A stretch of DNA of 63,749 nt, the filler included, from Octopus bimaculoides (lineage: Eukaryota), in assembly GCF_001194135.2 (NCBI RefSeq). It is 5 parts of 5 records of this genome, joined end to end, with 100 filler letters (N's around TTAATTAATTAA, not from the genome) between each part and the next. Parts side by side here need not be neighbours in the genome. Positions count along the whole stretch, not along the records: positions 1 to 17,643 come from NC_069000.1; 4 more parts are not named here. One strand, written 5' to 3'. The position numbers and the translations under genes were made by a program. Shown here piece after piece: positions 1 to 10,680 of this stretch. Positions within the stretch are counted from its first letter, which is position 1, and every line of letters starts with the position of its first letter. The notes under the pieces are model-generated. The model was not told the DNA's origin and made no database searches. It saw only the letters and a program-made list of their open reading frames with translations.

Positions 1-267
1 TCCTTCCCCCTCCCAAAAAGAAAAGCTCTACATTGTATTTGTCCCATCTTCGTTGAGCCCTGTGTGGCTAATAAAAGAAATGTATCTGTCTACACACACA
101 CATACACACACATATATGCGTAGCACACTTGTCATGAAAATGAGATGTGTGGGTTCGATTCCCATGTGTATTATATATAATTTTCCTTGCAGTTAAAGAA
201 TATTAGCAATTATTGTTCCAGTTAAAATGATTATATAAAAAAAAGATGCATGATTATAACTATATCG

Positions 268-485
268 CTTTCGAGTTTTGGCACAAGACCAGCAATTTCA
301 TGGAAAGCGATTAATCTATTACATCGACCCCCAAGTCTCAATTGGTACTTATTTTATCGATCTCGAAAGGATGAAAGGTAAAGTCGACCTCGGCGGAATT
401 TAAACTCAGAATGTAAAGACGAACAAAACGCCGCAGAACACGTTTCGCCCGGCTTACTAATAACTCTGCTTGCTCGTTGCCTTCC
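268..485 (-). mobile_element. SINE family A (tRNA-like head plus core GCCTTTCATCCTTTCGGGGTCGATAAA..GTACC)
   Basis: Matches more than 15 other copies in the window. The core resembles the Meta-type central domain as I recall it (not verified). Confidence 0.85.
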
Positions 486-557
486 GTGATTGTAATTAAT
501 ATTGATATATCTTTTGATTCTCTAATTATTCTAGGAATATTGTTGTAATTGCTATAC

Positions 558-578
558 CAGCAGGATCCGTGGAATTTC
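558..578 (-). CDS. Candidate 21-nt cadherin microexon (G-NSTDPA-G)
   Basis: catttcag|GA AAT TCC ACG GAT CCT GCT G|gtatag. In frame with exon 4 (phase 1-1), 246 nt downstream. Read-through past the donor reaches a stop. Confidence 0.35.
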
Positions 579-824
579 CTGAAATGTTTTCATTTCTGTT
601 TTAAAAGCATAAATTTATTGACCTTTATATCATTGTTTCATTATGTTACCATTTTGTGATTTTGTTCCATTGTTAAGGTCGCTAAAAGCAACTGGAACAC
701 GTCATACTATACTGCAGAATAATGTTTATTCATCAGTCAGTTTCACTAAATAATTAGTTTGCATATTACATTAAAACAACAAACAAACTTACAAGCATAA
801 TGACATAGAAAATATTGCGGTTAC

Positions 825-1073
825 CTCCAAGCAACTGGTATTTCACAATGTTATGAGGAGCTGCATCGGCGTCTGTCGCCGTTACATGAGTAACGGTAGT
901 CCCTGGTGGTAGGTTTTCTTTCAACGTAACATTATCAGACGCTGGCAAAATAACCGGTCTGGCATCATTGGTAGGGAGTAAGACTAGCATCAAAAACACC
1001 AAAATTCTGTGCTTTCCGTCGGTTACTGTGATTTCAGCAGAAAAGTGTGACGGCCCAGAATCATAGTCTACGC
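825..1073 (-). CDS. Cadherin exon 4 (GVDYDSGPSHFSAEITVTDGKHRILVFLMLVLLPTNDARPVILPASDNVTLKENLPPGTTVTHVTATDADAAPHNIVKYQLLG-G)
   Basis: gatattgtag acceptor and GAG|gtaacc donor; 249 nt, phase 1 to phase 1. VDYD, NDxxP, xEN and ATDAD motifs. Confidence 0.93.
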
Positions 1074-1383
1074 CTACAATATCATGATATCATATATATA
1101 TATATATATATATATANNNNNNNNNNNNNNNNNNNNNNNNNNNNNNNNNNNNNNNNNNNNNNNNNNNNNNNNNNNNNNNNNNNNNNNNNNNNNNNNNNNN
1201 NNNNNNNNNNNNNNNNNNNNNNNNNNNNNNNNNNNNNNNNNNNNNNNNNNNNNNNNNNNNNNNNNNNNNNNNNNNNNNNNNNNNNNNNNNNNNNNNNNNN
1301 NNNNNNNNNNNNNNNNNNNNNNNNNNNNNNNNNNNNNNNNNNNNNNNNNCACACAGACACATAGATATATACATATGCATATA

Positions 1384-1536
1384 TACGACGGTCTTCTTTC
1401 AGATTCCGTCAACCAAATCCGCTCACAAGGCTTTGGTCGGCCCGAGGCAATAGCAGAAGACACTTGCCCAAGGTACCACGCAGGGGGACTGAATCCGGAA
1501 ACATGTGGTTGGGAAGCAAGCTTCTTACTACACAGC

Positions 1537-1541
<5 letters not shown>
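1384..1541 (-). mobile_element. SINE family C, head and core
   Basis: Reverse complement of GCGTGGCTGTGTAGTAAGAAGC..CCTTGGGCAAGTGTCTTC..CCTTGTGAG; same as the copies at 14331 and 15822. Confidence 0.85.
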
Positions 1542-1572
<31 letters not shown>

Positions 1573-1697
1573 CACACACATACACACATACATACATCCA
1601 TATATATAGTTGAAATTTATAGAAAAACAAAAGACGATGACAGGTGTATGAACAACAAGCAAGTGTATTAGTCTGACGCTTGGAAAAAATGAAAATG

Positions 1698-1737
1698 TCT
1701 TTTACGTTTCGCGCTTACGCTCTTCAACAGAAAAGAA
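1698..1737 (-). ncRNA. Hammerhead-ribozyme-like motif, variant core (UUGAAGA-GCG/UAAG/CGC-GAAACGUA)
   Basis: Perfect 3-bp stem II with tetraloop, GAAA, palindromic ACGU and a GUA triplet. C3 is replaced by U and stem I is offset. Confidence 0.4.
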
Positions 1738-2084
1738 TAAGAGGAAATAAACAGAGAGAAAATGGAAAAAGACGTGTCGGGCGTAGCAAATGACTAGAAA
1801 AAAGAGGTTGAAAGAAAGGGAGATAATAGTAAAAAAAGTGAGTTTGAATGAAAGGAAGATAATAATAGTGCTAGTGATTCCAACAATTCAAGGCGCGCGT
1901 GTGTGAGAATGGCGTATGCGAGTGTGAATAGGGCGGGTGACTCTGATGTGTGAGAGTGTGTGTGCGTGTCTATGACCAAACAGTGTGCATGAGTATGGTG
2001 TATGTATATGGGCGAAAATGATCTTTGTCTATGTATGTTGCGTGTGTTAAAGCGTGTTGCGTGTGTGCGTGTATGTATATATAT

Positions 2085-2131
<47 letters not shown>

Positions 2132-2516
2132 NNNNNNNNNNNNNNNNNNNNNNNNNNNNNNNNNNNNNNNNNNNNNNNNNNNNNNNNNNNNNNNNNNNNN
2201 NNNNNNNNNNNNNNNNNNNNNNNNNNNNNNNNNNNNNNNNNNNNNNNNNNNNNNNNNNNNNNNNNNNNNNNNNNNNNNNNNNNNNNNNNNNNNNNNNNNN
2301 NNNNNNNNNNNNNNNNNNNNNNNNNNNNNNNNNNNNNNNNNNNNNNNNNNNNNNNNNNNNNNNNNNNNNNNNNNNNNNNNNNNNNNNNNNNNNNNNNNNN
2401 NNNNNNNNNNNNNNNNNNNNNNNNNNNNNNNNNNNNNNNNNNNNNNNNNNNNNNNNNNNNNNNNNNNNNNNNNNNNNNNNNNNNNNNNNNNNNNNNNNNN
2501 NNNNNNNNNNNNNNNN

Positions 2517-2588
2517 GAGGAGTGGAATATCTCTTTGTCTGCCCTCTGACGAAGGATTGAATCCGAAACGTTGGATATTGCACTCCTC
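2517..2588 (+). ncRNA. Type I minimal hammerhead-ribozyme-like motif (Penelope terminal-repeat type)
   Basis: CTGACGA at 2546-2552, GGAT/ATCC stem II, GAAA at 2565-2568, then ACGT-T. Enclosed by a 16-nt inverted repeat (2517-2532 / 2573-2588). Confidence 0.6.
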
Positions 2589-2640
2589 ACGGCAACTTCA
2601 CTGTACTCCTTTCACTTTTCTCTCTCTCTCTCTCTCTCTC

Positions 2641-2685
<45 letters not shown>

Positions 2686-3220
2686 GGTCACACACACACA
2701 TCTTTTTTCTGTTATACCTGTTGTTCGTTTCATTCATTAGACTACATACATGCTGGGGAATGCATGTAGTTTCGTCGCTACACTCTTCACAACGGTGCCC
2801 CATCATGGCCGCAATTCAGTGTTTGTATCGAGTAAAAGTTTTAAGAGAAAGCACACACATGCGCATATCTTTTATCTTTTACTTGTTTGTCATTCAAGTG
2901 CGGCCATGTTGGGGTACTTCGGTACGTATTAATTTTTTAAAATTCTTGTACTTCCTCTCTCACTTCTCTTTGGCGAATCACTAAGTTATGGAATATAAAC
3001 AAACCATGATGAAACATTTGCTACCTAAGTTTAATAGTCAAGCTGTGATTTGAACCTTCGTAAAGTACAAACTTGAGTACCATCAACTTTTCATGCGAAA
3101 AATAAATAATTAAAAACCGCCGATGGAGATTCGAGGATGAAACAAGAATATGAAGAAAGGGCTATATTTCTCATTTTGTAAGATGTTCTTGCTCGTTCAT
3201 TTTCGTCTCAACATAAGGGA

Positions 3221-3340
3221 ACACGTGTCCGTGGAGTGCTCAGCCACTAGCACGTTAATTTCACGAGCAGGCTGTTCCGTTGATCGGATCAACTGGAACC
3301 CTCGACGTCATAAGCGATGGAGTGCCAACAACAACAACAA
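3221..3340 (+). mobile_element. SINE family B, 3' fragment ending in (CAA)n
   Basis: Matches the 3' third of the 4614-4996 copy. Confidence 0.9.
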
Positions 3341-3964
3341 GTTTTCACTTATACAATAGTTGGCACGCAAATTTGTATAGCAAGAACGGCCTGTTCGTGA
3401 AACTTAAGTAGCAAATTTTATATTTTAAGTTCTCTTTAAAGTTCCTACATACACACATGTATGTATGTATTATATGTATGTATATGCATTCATAAAATAT
3501 CTTATTTAACCCATTACCTCCCATAATTCTATTAACTGGAATTTTTTTAATGAAACTTTGATTTCTAGCATAAAACAGCCTTAGAAACACTCTGGAATGA
3601 TCAAAATAACATTATTTTAAATAGAAATAAGCGAGATATTGGGTGAAAAATTAGCAAACCTCATTTGAATATCAGAGAAATATACCTAGTAGATATAGCA
3701 AAAAGGTTAGATATGTGTAAATATTGATAGATAATTACGAAATTTGTAATTTTTAAGTGATCTCATATGAGATCACTGGTAGGTAATGGGTTAAAACATT
3801 TAAATTTGAAAACAACAAATAGTAATAGAATGAAATAACAAAGAAAAAACAAAAACAATAGGAGCTCTATTTGATCTTCCGTTTACAGTAAATAGTAGCT
3901 AAACAAGTCCCTAAAAATTGCACCCAACTATCTTTAAAATGGAAGCTCACATAATTTTCATATA

Positions 3965-4470
3965 TAGGTACAAGGCCAGAAATTATGAGGTAGGGAGCGA
4001 GTCGTTTACATCGCCTCCACTGGTATTCATTTTATCTACCCTGAAAGAATGAAAAGGAGAATCGGCCTCGGAGGAATTTGAACTCTGCACGTTAACGGGC
4101 GGAAGAAATGCCGCTAAGTATTTTGTCCGGTGTACTAACGATTCTGCCAGCTCGTCGATCTTACGGAAGCGAACATAGTATAATGTAGTTTTAGATACAT
4201 TGTACTTGAAATAAACCTTTCTACTATAGGCACAAGGACCGAAATTTAGGGGAGGAGACTAAGTCGATTACATCGACCCTAGTGCTCAACTGGTACTTAT
4301 TTTATCGACCCCGCAAGGATGAAAGGTAAAGTCGACCCCGGTGGAATTTCTGCTCAGAACGAAAGATAGACAAAATGTCGTTAAACGTTTTGCCCGGCTC
4401 GCTAACGATTTTGACAGCTTATCATTCTAACGAAAGCGCACATAGTATAATGTAGCTTTTGATACGCTCT
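3965..4470 (-). mobile_element. Two tandem SINE-A copies with a duplicated flank
   Basis: Copies at about 3965-4162 and 4218-4430, each followed by ..AAGCG.ACATAGTATAATGTAG.TTT.GATAC. Confidence 0.8.
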
Positions 4471-4613
4471 ATATGAAATCATGACAGAACGGTCACGAGT
4501 TGAATGCGTCTTATTAGAATTCTAAGAAATGAGGGTTGATCTGGGAAATATGGGCTGTACAACAACATAGCAATTAATGGCATCGAATCGCTGATATCTA
4601 ATATCTATAATGT

Positions 4614-4996
4614 GGAGGCGCAATGGCCCAGTGGTTAGGGCAGCGGACTCGCGGTCACAGGATCGCGGTTTTGATTCCCAGACCGGGCGTTGTGAGTGTT
4701 TATTGAGCGAAAACACCTAAAGCTCCACGAGGCTCCGACAGGGGATGGTGGTGAACCCTGCTGTACTCTTTCACCACAACTTTCTCTCGCTCTTACTTCC
4801 TGTTTCTGTTGTGCCTGTAATTCAAAGGGTCAGCCTTGTCACACTGTGTCACGCTGAATATCCCCGAGAACTAGGTTAAGGATGCATGTGTCTGTGGAGT
4901 GCTCAGCCACTTGCACATTAATTTCACGAGCAGGCTGTTCCGTTGATCGGATCAACTGGAGCCCACGACGTCGTAAGCGACGGAGTGCCAACAAAA
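4614..4996 (+). mobile_element. SINE family B, full length (tRNA-derived head, GGAGTGCCAACAA tail)
   Basis: A box TGGCCCAGTGG and B box GGTTTTGATTCCC. About 380 nt, closely similar to the 7944-8326 and 42274-42663 copies. Confidence 0.92.
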
Positions 4997-5291
4997 ATAT
5001 GTATAATGTCTCATTCTTTTTATTTTATCTCTCAGAATGCGAAGACAATAGCTTTGTCAGAAATCAAGGATGGTGTACCAGTGACCATATTATCTACTTT
5101 TTTCATTTTATATTGCATGCTTCGTCGGGGACGATATTAATCTGTATTAGAATTGTGTGTTCTGAGGGGAAATCGCTGGCTGTTTCTCGCAGTTCGATCG
5201 AACGAGTGGAGGCTCTCATAAAAATCTCATACATGTTTCGTGTATAGGGCAATCAAAATTCGTCTGCACTTTGATTTAAATAGAAGATCGA

Positions 5292-5297
5292 ACTTGC
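5292..5297 (-). other. Non-canonical GC 5' splice site (AG|GCAAGT)
   Basis: Matches the GC-AG consensus. The nearby GT (AA|GTTCGA) gives phase 2, which does not fit the next exon. Confidence 0.8.
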
Positions 5298-5415
5298 CTC
5301 TCTTCAATAACAAATCTCCGTCAGTGTTCATAGAAAAAAGATCTTTGTTTTTTCCGTTAATATAACACGTCAGAGCTCTTATTTTATCTCTATCGGTACA
5401 TTTCAGCCGGGTGAT
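5298..5415 (-). CDS. Cadherin exon 3 (ITRLKCTDRDKIRALTCYINGKNKDLFSMNTDGDLLLKR-G), absent from the ORF track
   Basis: cttacttattcag acceptor; 118 nt (39 codons + 1). DxD and F-x-x-x-x-x-G-x-L pattern. It fills exactly the missing part of the EC repeat and the phase 0 to phase 1 bridge. Donor is AG|gcaagt (GC-AG). Confidence 0.88.
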
Positions 5416-5744
5416 CTGAATAAGTAAGAAAAATAAAACAGTAAATTAATTATATAATTAATTAATTATTTGTATTGATTTCTAGCAATCACATGAAAAT
5501 ACACATATTGGGAGAGCAAGAGAAATAAATGTTGTTTTTTTTTATCTTTATTCTTTACTTCTTTCATTTAAAAAATTCGTACAAACTAACATATTGACGC
5601 GGAGGGAAAGTGGTAGGGGTCCCCCCCCCCACAAATATCTGGCTTTATGCCTAAATTGGAAATCATGACTTTTATCGAACCTGGAAGGATGAAAGTCGAT
5701 AACAACAGGATTTGAACTCAGTACTTTTTTTCTTTCTTATTTCT

Positions 5745-5967
5745 TTATTGCCCACAAGGGGCTAAACATAGAGGAGACAAACAAGGACAGACAATGGGAT
5801 TAAGTCGATTACATCGACCTCAGTGCGTAACTGGTACTTAATTTATCGACCCCGAAAGGATGAAAGGCAAAGTCGACCTCGGCGGAATTTGAACTCAGAA
5901 CGTAGCGGCAGACGAAATAACGCTAAGCATTTCGCCCGGCGTGCTAACGTTTCTGCCAGCTCGCTAC

Positions 5968-5968
<1 letters not shown>
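5745..5968 (-). mobile_element. SINE-A with the TTGTCCCCTCTATGTTTAGCCCCTTGTGGGCAATAAAGAAA tail variant
   Basis: A-family core; the same tail occurs at 26920-26980, with related versions at 1-80 and 27890-27960. Confidence 0.85.

Positions 5969-6034
<66 letters not shown>
5969..6034. repeat. (TTTC)n microsatellite
   Basis: Seen directly. Confidence 0.97.
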
Positions 6035-6162
6035 TTACAATAACTATGATTAGATCTGTTTCAACATCGAATATTAGACAGCCCCACTAGACACGACACG
6101 GGTATCACAGCCGACGATTTAAGAGAACGTGCAATACATGCGCTCTTTCCGGTGTAGGGGAC

Positions 6163-6517
6163 TGGAAATTACGTCTCCCATCCAGCACCTGTGGAAATTA
6201 CGTCTCCCTGTCCAGCGCCTCTGGAAACTACGTCTCCCGGTCCAGCGCCTGTGAAAACTAGTCTCCCTGTCCAGCGTCTGTGGAAACTACACCTCCCTAT
6301 CCAGCGCCTGTGGAAACTACGTCTCCCTGTCCAGCGCCTGTGGAAACTAGTCTCTCTGTCCAGCACCTGTAGAAGCTACGTCTCCCTGTCCAGCGCCTGT
6401 GGAAATTACATCTCCCTGTCCAGCGCCTGTGGGAACTAGTCTCCCTGTCCAGCGCCTGTGGAAACTCGTCTCCCTGTCCAGCGCCTATGAAAACTAATCT
6501 CACAGTCCAGCGCCATC
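6163..6517. repeat. GC-rich minisatellite, 12 units of 29-30 bp (TGGAAACTACGTCTCCCTGTCCAGCGCCTG)
   Basis: Units counted by eye at 6163, 6192, 6222, 6252, 6281, 6311, 6341, 6370, 6400, 6430, 6459 and 6488. Confidence 0.95.
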
Positions 6518-7943
6518 TGGAGACTCCGGAACAAATGACTTCCCAACATCACAGAGAACATCATTGATAATCCCCACCCCTTACTCAGCTGGAGCACAAA
6601 CTGCCAAACCTACCTTCGTGAGGTCTACTACTATTCCATCAGCAAACATTGTTTATCAATAAGAAAAATGACTTATTTTAATGCTATCATCAGATTTACG
6701 TTCTTTTAATGAACTTCAAGCCTTTGACCGCTGATCACCTGGACATACCACACAAGGCCTACACGACCCACACATATGGCAAAGGATACGATTCCTGCTA
6801 CTAGTACAGATTACAGCTTACTCATAACACTCACACGAACTCATTTGTAACCTGACACCTTGAAATCGATTACTCCCACGTGGTAAGTGTTGTCACTTAA
6901 ATAACACACCTTACAGAACGATGACTAACTGGCGAATACCACACGCATTGTCCAGTGCAAAGAACTGATATCACTATATANNNNNNNNNNNNNNNNNNNN
7001 NNNNNNNNNNNNNNNNNNNNNNNNNNNNNNNNNNNNNNNNNNNNNNNNNNNNNNNNNNNNNNNNNNNNNNNNNNNNNNNNNNNNNNNNNNNNNNNNNNNN
7101 NNNNNNNNNNNNNNNNNNNNNNNNNNNNNNNNNNNNNNNNNNNNNNNNNNNNNNNNNNNNNNNNNNNNNNNNNNNNNNNNNNNNNNNNNNNNNNNNNNNN
7201 NNNNNNNNNNNNNNNNNNNNNNNNNNNNNNNNNNNNNNNNNNNNNNNNNNNNNNNNNNNNNNNNNNNNNNNNNNNNNNNNNNNNNNNNNNNNNNNNNNNN
7301 NNNNNNNNNNNNNNNNNNNNNNNNNNNNNNNNNNNNNNNNNNNNNNNNNNNNNNNNNNNNNNNNNNNNNNNNNNNNNNNNNNNNNNNNNNNNNNNNNNNN
7401 NNNNNNNNNNNNNNNNNNNNNNNNNNNNNNNNNNNNNNNNNNNNNNNNNNNNNNNNNNNNNNNNNNNNNNNNNNNNNNNNNNNNNNNNNNNNNNNNNNNN
7501 NNNNNNNNNNNNNNNNNNNNNNNNNNNTATATATATATATATATATTTGCCAGTTTGCATTTACATGTAGTGTGATCTGAGTGTATGTGTGCACATTTAT
7601 GTTTAAGTGTTTATATACTGCGCGTACATGTGTGTATGCGAGGGTAGACGCCTATGACGGTTTGATGTTGGTTGTTGGTGAAATCCTTGTTGCTTGTCTT
7701 CTTGAATTGATGGTAAATCTGCTACGTATCGGATGACTTTTTGATTACACTCTCTGACATCACTCTGTCTATTGAAACCTCAATTATTTCGGTGTCTAAG
7801 TTAAAACCATAAATTAAATTGATAAATTAATATGAATTTTCCCATTGTATATATCTATGATTCCCTATCCTTGTTTGTTATTTACCTGTTTTAGACCACA
7901 TTTCATTCCTCAATAGATTCGAATGTAACTGTTACTTGAAAGT

Positions 7944-8326
7944 TGTTGGTACTCCGTCGCTTATAACGTCGAGAGTTCCACTTGATCTGATCAACGGAAC
8001 ATCCTGCTCGTGAAATCAACGTGCAAGTGGCTGAGCACTCCACAGACACGTGTACCCTTGACGTAGTTCTCGGGGAGATTCAGCGTGACACAGAGTGTGA
8101 CAAGGCTGACCCTTTGAATTACAGGCACAACAGAAACAGGAAGAAAGAGTGAGAGAAAGTTGTGGTGAAAGAGTACGGCAGGGTTCGCCACCATCCCCTG
8201 CTGGAGCCTCGTGGAGCTTTAGGTGTTTTCGCTCAATACACACTCACAACGCCCGGTCTGGGAATCGAAACCGCGATCCTTTGACCGCAAGTCCACTGCC
8301 CTAACCACTGGGCCATTGCGCCTCCA
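7944..8326 (-). mobile_element. SINE-B, full length, with 11-bp target-site duplication
   Basis: TACTTGAAAGT at 7933-7943 and 8329-8339; roughly 90% similar to 4614-4996 by eye. Confidence 0.93.
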
Positions 8327-9153
8327 CCTACTTGAAAGTAACAGGAGCCAAACGAATGTTGTCTANNNNNNNNNNNNNNNNNNNNNNNNNNNNNNNNNNN
8401 NNNNNNNNNNNNNNNNNNNNNNNNNNNNNNNNNNNNNNNNNNNNNNNNNNNNNNNNNNNNNNNNNNNNNNNNNNNNNNNNNNNNNNNNNNNNNNNNNNNN
8501 NNNNNNNNNNNNNNNNNNNNNNNNNNNNNNNNNNNNNNNNNNNNNNNNNNNNNNNNNNNNNNNNNNNNNNNNNNNNNNNNNNNNNNNNNNNNNNNNNNNN
8601 NNNNNNNNNNNNNNNNNNNNNNNNNNNNNNNNNNNNNNNNNNNNNNNNNNNNNNNNNNNNNNNNNNNNNNNNNNNNNNNNNNNNNNNNNNNNNNNNNNNN
8701 NNNNNNNNNNNNNNNNNNNNNNNNNNNNNNNNNNNNNNNNNNNNNNNNNNNNNNNNNNNNNNNNNNNNNNNNNNNNNNNNNNNNNNNNNNNNNNNNNNNN
8801 NNNNNNNNNNNNNNNNNNNNNNNNNNNNNNNNNNNNNNNNNNNNNNNNNNNNNNNNNNNNNNNNNNNNNNNNNNNNNNNNNNNNNNNNNNNNNNNNNNNN
8901 NNNNNNNNNNNNNNNNNNNNNNNNNNNNNNNNNNNNNNNNNNNNNNNNNNNNNATTTACAGGTAAAAACTCAATTAAATTCAATTTATTAAAAATTAAAA
9001 TTAAATTAAGTTTCACAGGAAAAAATATAAATATATAGTTTTAGAGAAAACAACCAATACTTTGTATTATATTATACTTAATTATCGTGCATTTACTTAT
9101 TAATTTTTCTGTATGTGACTGGATTTTCATGGATTAGTTCATGAAATTTGGTT

Positions 9154-9222
<69 letters not shown>

Positions 9223-9674
9223 GTGTGTGTGTGCGTGTGTGTGTGTGTGTGTGTATGCGTACACACATACATTCATACATACAAACGTTACTCATACACA
9301 GTATACGTACATAGACATTTTCACACCTTTCTCAGTAACATAGCTTTAGGTTTCGGTGTTAAACATTGCTGTCATAATGTCATACGCAGTCATTCATCTT
9401 CATGTACACACGCAAATAAGCGAGGCTCAACATCACAAACACACACACACACACACGCACGCACACACACACTTACATACACTTTCGTAGAAGCAGAGAT
9501 AAAATACCAACATTGAAAGACATTAAGTGGCCAGTTAGAACTTGTTCTTATATATTTCAGCCCTCTTTTGATACAAATGACACTTTAAATGGATGTATTC
9601 TTTCAAATAATTAATTTATTTGACAAGCTTTCTCCACCTATTTCCATATCTAAGCACACACATACATACATACA

Positions 9675-9710
<36 letters not shown>

Positions 9711-9714
9711 CTTT

Positions 9715-9852
9715 TATTCTTTTATTTGTTTCAGTCATTTGACTGCGGCCATGTTGGAGCACCACCTTAAAAGGATTTTTAGTCGAAGAAATCAACCCCA
9801 GGAATTATTCTTTCTAAGCTTAGTACTTATTCAATCTGCGTCTCTTGCCGAA
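9715..9852 (-). mobile_element. SINE-C 3' tail fragment
   Basis: GTTTCAGTCATTTGACTGCGGCCATGTTGGAGCACCACC; similar fragments at 2865-3005, 32066-32220 and 41172-41310. Confidence 0.8.
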
Positions 9853-10633
9853 TTGTATATATACATTCACACAGAAACAAATTTCTATGCCTGTGTACAT
9901 ACATATATATACACACNNNNNNNNNNNNNNNNNNNNNNNNNNNNNNNNNNNNNNNNNNNNNNNNNNNNNNNNNNNNNNNNNNNNNNNNNNNNNNNNNNNN
10001 NNNNNNNNNNNNNNNNNNNNNNNNNNNNNNNNNNNNNNNNNNNNNNNNNNNNNNNNNNNNNNNNNNNNNNNNNNNNNNNNNNNNNNNNNNNNNNNNNNNN
10101 NNNNNNNNNNNNNNNNNNNNNNNNNNNNNNNNNNNNNNNNNNNNNNNNNNNNNNNNNNNNNNNNNNNNNNNNNNNNNNNNNNNNNNNNNNNNNNNNNNNN
10201 NNNNNNNNNNNNNNNNNNNNNNNNNNNNNNNNNNNNNNNNNNNNNNNNNNNNNNNNNNNNNNNNNNNNNNNNNNNNNNNNNNNNNNNNNNNNNNNNNNNN
10301 NNNNNNNNNNNNNNNNNNNNNNNNNNNNNNNNNNNNNNNNNNNNNNNNNNNNNNNNNNNNNNNNNNNNNNNNNNNNNNNNNNNNNNNNNNNNNNNNNNNN
10401 NNNNNNNNNGATTAGGTGAGAGGGGGAGCCACAGGTGTATATGCATATATTTATCTTTAATTAAATATGAATATGCGTGTTTGTATGTACATGCACATGT
10501 ATATATTTCTACACACCTTATAGCAACACATAAACATAAAAAAAAGAATTAGTCAATAAATATATCTATACATGCTTGTATACCCATATGCATTCATTAT
10601 GCATATTTATATAAACGATTATATGCATGTATG

Positions 10634-10680
<47 letters not shown>

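Noticed and set aside
4614-4690. tRNA-like sequences at SINE heads
   Set aside because: They have A/B boxes but no complete cloverleaf and continue into SINE bodies; not tRNA genes.
6163-6517. CRISPR-like appearance of the 29-30 bp repeats
   Set aside because: Units are directly adjacent with no unique spacers, there are no cas genes, and the context is eukaryotic.
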